Position numbers and translations under genes: made by a program. Of a stretch of 64,000 nucleotides of DNA, positions 49,712-56,700 are shown piece after piece. The stretch is from a virus. The notes below the pieces were generated by a model that worked only from the letters and a program-made list of their open reading frames with translations, did no database searches and was not told where the DNA came from. Position 1 is the first letter of the stretch, and each line of letters begins with the position of its first letter. The stretch spans positions 1 through 64,000 of the IMG/VR virus record IMGVR_UViG_3300012920_000028; one strand, given 5' to 3'.

Positions 49712-50215
49712 TCACCCGAGGACGACCCAGTTGTTGGAACCAATGGCGATAGCAGTTGCCCCGTTGTAGGTGCCGAGGGTGAAATCCGAGGCCGCCCCGT
49801 TGATGTTGTTTCCGTTGCGCCCAATGGTGATGTCGCCGCTGGTGACGTTCAACACAGTGTAGTGCTCCCCCGCGGTTGAAGTGGAAGGAAGATTCACAGT
49901 CCCCGAGGACCCCGAATAGATGAGGTATCTTCCCGCGTGAGTTGCTTCAACCAAGGCGAGTGGGTCCGTCGAAGAGGAAACCGTAGGGAGGCGACGCGCG
50001 ACGAAGGATTTCCCAGCGGCAACAGTGACGTCACCCGTAAGGTCAAGCGTGGATTCATCTTGAACAGCCGTCACGATGTCTGCGTTCTCAAGGTTGAGAA
50101 GCGTCTTGACCTCGGCTTCTGTGATTCCGCTTTGGAGGGCAGGCGTACCACTGCTGTCGACCAGCGCTGGTGTATCGCCGCTGCCGCTACCTGAAGGCGG
50201 ATTGAACCGAGGCAT
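49712..50215 (-). CDS. Fibre/spike-like structural protein
   Basis: VNLP.....G....V.N......I..NG..ING.......W motif typical of viral fibre modules. Confidence 0.55.
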   Translation of the reverse strand: MPRFNPPSGSGSGDTPALVDSSGTPALQSGITEAEVKTLLNLENADIVTAVQDESTLDLTGDVTVAAGKSFVARRLPTVSSSTDPLALVEATHAGRYLIYSGSSGTVNLPSTSTAGEHYTVLNVTSGDITIGRNGNNINGAASDFTLGTYNGATAIAIGSNNWVVLG

Positions 50216-50339
50216 GTCATCACCATGGAACTTGTCGTCATAAGGCCTCCGCCGAGGCCCCGCGGTAGCGGACGTAGCATGACGCCACCGAGGGGTCCGG
50301 GGTCAGCCCCGCCGAGGCGGGGTGAGGCCTTGGTCGGAC

Positions 50340-50576
50340 TCAGAATCGCTTGCTGGCACCGACGCCGAGCGTCGCCGCTGCTCCGAGGAGGAGGGCGAGG
50401 TGACCGACGTCAAGACCGGCGACGACCTGCGTGTTCAAGGTCTTGGCCAGCGGGTTGCCCCGAGCGGGGAAACCGATAGCACCCGACAAACCGAGCAGCA
50501 AGAGTGCATGCCCGTAGTCGAAACCGAACGCGAAGTCCTTGTTGAGGCTCTTCATGAGATTGCCGTATGCGCCCAA
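50340..50576 (-). CDS. Small membrane protein
   Basis: Repeated GH(A/L)(L/A)LLLG TM motif. Confidence 0.6.
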   Translation of the reverse strand: MGAYGNLMKSLNKDFAFGFDYGHALLLLGLSGAIGFPARGNPLAKTLNTQVVAGLDVGHLALLLGAAATLGVGASKRF

Positions 50577-50585
50577 GAAACCACC

Positions 50586-51629
50586 TCAGAAGAGGTTGAT
50601 GTCCTTGCCGCCGAGACCGAACATCTCGCCGTGGGCACCTGCGTGCATTCCTGCGTGCATTCCAGCGTGCATACCGTCGTGGTAGCCGTGGGTCATGCCG
50701 AACATTGGCTCATCAATCACCGAAGGCGAGTTGCCGAGGAGACCGAAGCCAGCGATGCCGTTGACCGCGGTGAGACCGCCGCCCGAGACCGAGATGCTCG
50801 GGAGGAAGTTCAGACCGGCCGCACGGCCGAGTTGGAGAGCCGCGGGGAGCATGGCCGCGATGGTGAAGGCACCAGCGGTGGCGTTGCTCACGTTGAGGAA
50901 CTGCTTCAGCGCGTAGCCAGCGAAGCCGGCCACGGCGATGCTGCTGACCGCACTGCGCATTGGGGTCGCGGTGAGTCCGATGTCCAAACCGACCTTGCTC
51001 AGGGCGGCTTCGACGTAGGCGGGCAGCGACGCGGAGAGGTAGAGACCGGAGCCGAGGGCGACCATGGTCTCGAACTTCATGATGTGCGAGCGGGTCCAGT
51101 TCAGGCCCTTGCTGAAGAAGCCAGTCATCTTCGAGCGCGTGGTGCGGCGGCGAGAGACGGTGCGGCGCGAAGCGGTGCGGCGGCGAGCAGGGGACTTGCG
51201 GCGGCGGCGCGTAGTCTTGCGGCGAGCAGGGGACTTGCGGCGGCGCGTGGTCTTCTTGCGGCGCGTCGTCTTGCGGCGAGCAGGAGACTTGCGGCGGCGC
51301 GTCGTCTTGCGACGAGCAGGTGCCTTGCGGCGACGGGTCGTCGTCTTGCGACGGGTCGTCTTGCGACGAGCGGGCGCCTTGCGGCGACGGGTCGTCGTCT
51401 TGCGACGCTTAGAGGTCGCCTTGCGCTTCGTCGTCTTGCGACGGGCGGGCGCCTTGCGGCGTCGGGTGGTCGTTTTGCGCCGCGTGGTGCGGCGCGCCGG
51501 CGCCTTGCGGCGCGCGGTCGTGCTACGTCGGGAGACCTTTCGTCGGGCCATGTTCTTCACTTTCCTTTTTGTTGTAGTACGCCTCTTCGAGCCCACGGGG
51601 TTCACGATTACGAGTTCCTCGAGAGCCAT
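50586..51629 (-). CDS. Histone H1/protamine-like basic repeat protein with C-terminal membrane domain
   Basis: ~140 aa of RRK(T/S/A)(T/P) repeats, then hydrophobic helices and a GMHA repeat. Confidence 0.8.
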   Translation of the reverse strand: MALEELVIVNPVGSKRRTTTKRKVKNMARRKVSRRSTTARRKAPARRTTRRKTTTRRRKAPARRKTTKRKATSKRRKTTTRRRKAPARRKTTRRKTTTRRRKAPARRKTTRRRKSPARRKTTRRKKTTRRRKSPARRKTTRRRRKSPARRRTASRRTVSRRRTTRSKMTGFFSKGLNWTRSHIMKFETMVALGSGLYLSASLPAYVEAALSKVGLDIGLTATPMRSAVSSIAVAGFAGYALKQFLNVSNATAGAFTIAAMLPAALQLGRAAGLNFLPSISVSGGGLTAVNGIAGFGLLGNSPSVIDEPMFGMTHGYHDGMHAGMHAGMHAGAHGEMFGLGGKDINLF

Positions 51630-51787
51630 CAGAGACGCCTGAATGCCCTTCACCGACTTCCCGTATATGAAGAAAATGAGGTCCTATGTTGCGCTATATG
51701 ATACGCATACCTCAAATCAAGGGTCCGGTATTCGGAAATCGAGACTGAAGGAACCTTCATACCCGCGTCGTCCGTGCCTTCGGACGG

Positions 51788-52048
51788 ATGTCCAATCGTC
51801 ACGCCGTCCGGGCTCGTAAAATCCCGGTCAGTGTGACTCTTTCACCCGACGACTATGACTTTCTCGAAATGCTCGTCAACACGAGGCGTGTAGCAACAAG
51901 AACTCACGCTATCGAGCGTGCTGTTCAGTTGCTCAGGGAAGAGTTCCAGATGATGCAGTCATTGATGGCCCAACAGAGAGGAATGACCGGAGTCCCTCCA
52001 CAAGCGCAGCAGCAACCGCCGAATACGCATCGTCGTCCTCCTCATTGA
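51788..52048 (+). CDS. Ribbon-helix-helix regulator
   Basis: K.PVSVTL......L..LV......TRT.AI..AV. Confidence 0.65.
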   Translation: MSNRHAVRARKIPVSVTLSPDDYDFLEMLVNTRRVATRTHAIERAVQLLREEFQMMQSLMAQQRGMTGVPPQAQQQPPNTHRRPPH

Positions 52049-52514
52049 CCTCGATGAGAAGTGAGGGCGTATCGAAAAGGATGCTCGCCACGTTCGTCAG
52101 GTAGTTCTCAAACCCCGCGGCTTCGGTGAAATTGGAAATGCCGTCTTCTTCGAACTGCTCCGTCATAGAAGCGAGCAGTTGTGGCTCCGTCACGGCGGGA
52201 ATCGCGAACATCACGACCGTTGATTGCCCCCATTCTTCGAGGTTATACCCATGCACAGTTTCTCCTTCCACGAATGGGAAGGAATGAATGTCCAAGTGCA
52301 CGTTTGCTTTGGGGAGCAATTCGAAGAACTTCTTTGTGAAGGTAGTGTCGTTCGGGCGGTTAAGGTCGATGACCTCGCGGGGGATTTCCCCGACGAGACT
52401 TTCGAACTCAAGACCTTCTTCCGTGAGCGCCCTCTCAAGAATCGGGCGGATGATGGTTGAGCCGAAGTCATACTGTCCGCTTGGCGCGGCGTGGGGGAAG
52501 GTCAGGAGAATCAT
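51933..52514 (-). CDS. Zn-carboxypeptidase-fold hydrolase (N-formylglutamate amidohydrolase-like)
   Basis: TFPH, DLNR, LDIHS, LIEV. Confidence 0.6.
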   Translation of the reverse strand: MILLTFPHAAPSGQYDFGSTIIRPILERALTEEGLEFESLVGEIPREVIDLNRPNDTTFTKKFFELLPKANVHLDIHSFPFVEGETVHGYNLEEWGQSTVVMFAIPAVTEPQLLASMTEQFEEDGISNFTEAAGFENYLTNVASILFDTPSLLIEVNEEDDDAYSAVAAALVEGLRSFLSVGPSMTASSGTLP

Positions 52515-53203
52515 CTGTTCAGCCGCAGACGCTTGACCGATTTTACGCTACCGCCAGCGTTCCTTGGTTTCTCGTCACCAATCGGCCGACACTTGTTCCA
52601 TGTTCCTGTCCCGTGCGTACTGTAGTACCAGTACTTGTATTCGGGGCTCGCGAAGAAGGGAACGTGTTCAACGTAGTGTTCGAGGTTGCGGCTCTTGAGG
52701 TAGTCGGGGCGGTCGTCAATCCTGAACACTACCTTGTTCTCGGATTGGCTCCATACCGTTTCCGACATCAACTGAAGACGTTGAGTCATTCCGATACCGA
52801 CGATTCCCTTTCCGGCGCCGACGAGCCACAGTTGCTCGATGCCGTCGTTGGTCCCCTTTCGGACGAAGGTCTGGATTTCGTCAATGGCGATGATTCGACG
52901 AATCCGCTTGAAACCCGGCTTATTGGAAACCATGAACACACGTTCGATGACCTTATTCAGCGCCGCTACTCTCTCTTCCTTTCCTACGGGTGGGTGGAAG
53001 ACAATGGAAGGTGTCTTGGAAAGGAGAGCGGCATAGACCTCCATTGGAGTCTTGCACACACGTCCGAGGTCCGTGATTTCTGCCTTGGGGTCCACAAAGA
53101 TTGTGTGAAGGCCGTCCTTCTGAAAACGCTTGAACATCTCGGAGACGAAATACGTCTTGCCGCTGCGGGTCATTCCGAGAACTGCGGTATGTCGCTTCTT
53201 CAT
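52511..53203 (-). CDS. FtsK/HerA-superfamily genome packaging ATPase
   Basis: Walker A GMTRSGKT, FVDPK, Walker B IAIDEIQ, TQR; ~230 aa stand-alone ATPase; ATGA overlaps. Confidence 0.75.
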   Translation of the reverse strand: MKKRHTAVLGMTRSGKTYFVSEMFKRFQKDGLHTIFVDPKAEITDLGRVCKTPMEVYAALLSKTPSIVFHPPVGKEERVAALNKVIERVFMVSNKPGFKRIRRIIAIDEIQTFVRKGTNDGIEQLWLVGAGKGIVGIGMTQRLQLMSETVWSQSENKVVFRIDDRPDYLKSRNLEHYVEHVPFFASPEYKYWYYSTHGTGTWNKCRPIGDEKPRNAGGSVKSVKRLRLNR

Positions 53204-53697
53204 GTTCTCATAGAGCGCGTTTGAGACCATGCTACAACACCAGCACCAACGGCGAGAAGACCAAAGAGACGGCTCGGAGGGACGGCCATAAAGGACTCGG
53301 CGTAGGCCGGGAAGTTCTCCTTGAACCGTTGGCGAAGGTTGTTGTTGTCGGTCACCCGAAGCCATGCTACCGGGTTCATGACGTCGGGGTTCACGCCGCC
53401 GGTGTGCTTCAAGCCGAGAGCGTGACCGTATTCATGGGCGAGCAGGTCGAGGTTCCCCTTCGCACCGCTTCGCACCGTAATGGTGTTTCCAATGGTGACC
53501 CCTTGAGGGAAGTAGCCACGGTTCAAGATGTTGTAAGAGGCACGCGCCATGTCCCCTGCGTACCATTCCTGAATCTCTCCACTCGCGTGAATCGCGTTCA
53601 CGTATTGCGACCAATGTGCTTCGCTGAGGGTAGCAATCCGGACACCATCCTCGCCTACCGCGATAACGCGGAAAGAAGAGAACGATTCCGGCGTCAT
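53200..53697 (-). CDS. Metzincin metalloprotease with C-terminal TM
   Basis: HEYGHALGLKH plus Met-turn DVM. Confidence 0.85.
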   Translation of the reverse strand: MTPESFSSFRVIAVGEDGVRIATLSEAHWSQYVNAIHASGEIQEWYAGDMARASYNILNRGYFPQGVTIGNTITVRSGAKGNLDLLAHEYGHALGLKHTGGVNPDVMNPVAWLRVTDNNNLRQRFKENFPAYAESFMAVPPSRLFGLLAVGAGVVAWSQTRSMRT

Positions 53698-53701
53698 GTG
53701 T

Positions 53702-56700
53702 TCACCACTCGAACATGTTGAGGAACTCGTCCTCGTCTTCCTCCACCCAGTCGTGCCTTGAGGAGTTTTCCTTGATGAGACCCGCTTTGACCGCAAGACT
53801 GTAGTCGCCCATTTTCTTCCCGTCTTTCATGACGGTGTTTCCGAGCGTGACGAAGGAATAGACGCGGCCGGACGCCCATTGGTGCTGCTGAACACCGGGA
53901 CGGTGACCGGTGCGCCACGCCGCCAAACCCTTGTCGTACACCTTCTCAAGAATCGCCTTGTCGACACCTGTCGTCTTCGACATGCGGGTGAGGAAGGAGC
54001 CCTTCCCCTTCAAGGGACCATACAAGCGAGCGAACTTGGTTCGGTACTTGGAAGGCGTGGTTTTCATTCCCCGCGCCGTAGCCTTGATGTCCGATTTCCA
54101 GAATTCGTACGCTTTCGGGTCGTTCACGTCGTACTTGTAGCCTTGGTCAATCTCGTACTCGGCAATCGCCTTCTCGACAGATGTCAGGCCTTTCAGGTAC
54201 TTGGAAGGAATCTTCTTTCCACCGGGAGTACGGGGGTTCGGGCGAGGAAGATTCGACAGTTGCGTAATCGAAATGGTTTGGGCCGTGAGGGCTGAAGGGT
54301 AGGAAACGTCAGAAGGGAACCATGGGTTCGGGCGAGGAAGGTTCTCCTTCATCCAAGCATACGTCTTAGGTGCCTTCTCCTTGAGTTTGGCGCGGCCTTC
54401 GCCGATACCGGGGATGAAATAGACGCGGGAATACAGGGGGGCGCGAAGCCTGATTTCATCGAGGTCCTCCTGCATTTTACGGATGTTCTCGGCGTATTCC
54501 TTGTCTGTGTAGTACGCTCCGGGCTTCGTGTGCGGCGCTTTCTTGGTTCGGAAACCAATGGTGTTCTTCTCGTCGCGGATTTTCGCTTGACCGCCCTTTC
54601 CCTCACGCTTGTCGTTGTCGCCGAAGACGAAGAGGACCTCGGGGTGGTTCCGGACATATGTCGGAGTGATTTTCTTTGGTGGGTTGTCTTTCACTTCGCT
54701 TATGTTTTTCGCAGGTATTGTTTCTGGTGTGGTCCATTCCATACCGTTCAATGTGAGGTCAAGTGTTTCGGGAACCGATATTTCAAGTAAGGCAAAATCC
54801 TCATGGTTGGGCATCTTGGTTTTCCAAAACAATGCTTCTTCTTTTTTTGAAGCAAGGTAAATTCTTGGTTTGAATGATTGGATGTATTCTTCAAACTTCA
54901 TGTCCGGCGCTATCAAGTTTTTTTCTTTAGCAAATTCGTACAATTGGCCTTTCAATGCTCTTGTAAGTGGGCCATGTTGTGGAACAAGGCCATTTTTCTT
55001 GATGCTTGGTAGGTGTTCTTTCAATGTGAGATGGTACAGTTTTTTCGGCATCGGCAACTCTTCACCTCTTACGCTTTTGGCTGGGTTCTTCTTCGGACCC
55101 ATCAACACAGGCACTTTGCCGTACTTGCGCTTCTCCGTCATCCCAATCCACGGAACGTCGGGGCACGGAGGCATTCGGGAGATGTCGTGCTTGCGCGCCC
55201 AGCGCCACGGGTCGTGTCCCCACACCCACAGGCCGAGGAGGCGCCGTGAGACTTGGTTCTGCGTCTTCTGCTCGCGCACGAGGGGGCCTTTCTGGTCAGC
55301 GTTGTAGGGGAACGCGCCGTGGCGCTTCACGAAGCGCACCTGACGCTTGCACCAATCCCAATCGGTTTCTCCGTCGAGTGGGTCATCGGACGGGCCAGTC
55401 CATTCCTTCATGGCCTTCTCATAGTAGTTCTCGATGATGCGTGGCCCGATTTTGATGTAGTCCTTCGGGCCGGTCAGGCCGAGTTTGGCGCGCATTTTGA
55501 GGATGCGACGGCCGCTCACACGCCCACTCTTGATGCCCTGAGCGTCTGCTTCTTCTTTGGAGAGACCGGCCTTCTTCCCGAGGGGAGAATCAAGGAACGC
55601 CTTCAGTTCCTTGTTCTTCATGTTGATGAGATGAACCCACTCCTCGAACCACTCGAAGAGTTCCTTTGGTGGGTTTTCAATTTCCCACGGCTCTTCCCCC
55701 GGTTCCCATTCCAAGTGGTTTTCCATCTGGTGTCTTGTCCATACAGGGTACTTCTTCTTTGGTTCCCACACTCGATAGGGCTTTTGAGCCGGGTCAGACC
55801 ATGGCTTAAGGTTCCCACCACCTGCCGGGGAATAGAAGGAGCGACGGTACTTTTCTCGGGCCTGCTGGTCGAGGAAAAAGAACTCCACCCGTTCGACCTT
55901 CAGGTTCACGTCATCATCAGGGTTGAGTTCTGATTCTGTGGGGCCGAAGGAGAAGTTGTTCCGGAGGGTCGAAATCCAATTGATGTCTTGGAAGGGGAGG
56001 CGTGCTACGATGAGGACTTGGTTGGCGTGAGGGAAAAACTGCGCGACCGAAGTTCGTGTTTGAACGAACATGTCTGCTTTCTTCTTATCGGTGGTCCATG
56101 CACTGCCAAGTCCGTGCGTCTGCCATGACTCTTCGAGTTCTTCGCTCGAAGCGGGAGACCAAATCGCACGGTAGATGGGTATGGAGTCCCTCGAACCATA
56201 CAGCGATTTCCAATGTTCAAACAAGTGTTCGAGGAACCTTTTGCCGGAAGAGCCGGTGTAGCCCCAGCGGCGGAAGTTCCTCTTCATTTCCTTTTTGTTT
56301 TCTCTTTCCACGAAACGCAGCAGACCTTCCAAACCACTTGATGTAAGGACGTCCTTCAATCGGATTCCTTCAGGTGGGTTCCCCATCGGGAGGGCAGAAG
56401 AGTCAAGCAAAGCGGAGAACCTTTCGGCTTGAGCATTTGGAACAAGGACATGTGTCCGGTTCTCAACCGGAGAGCGAATCGTCCCTTCAGGGAGGTAGGA
56501 GTCGTTGAAGTACGAAGGGATGGCGAAAGCACTGTAGTCGCCACTATCCGCCATGTTGTTGAAGGAAATGATGCGGCGGCGTAGTTCCCTGTAATCCCTT
56601 TCAGCATCGGTCTCCGGGGCAAGACCCTGACCAAACGTCGCTTGCCTACCAAGACGTTTAGGCACTTCCTGCACGACTTCAGCGATGGGGACTGCTGGGT

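Noticed and set aside
50322-51701. 459-aa plus-strand ORF with Ala/Arg repeats
   Set aside because: Antisense reading of the H1-like repeat gene
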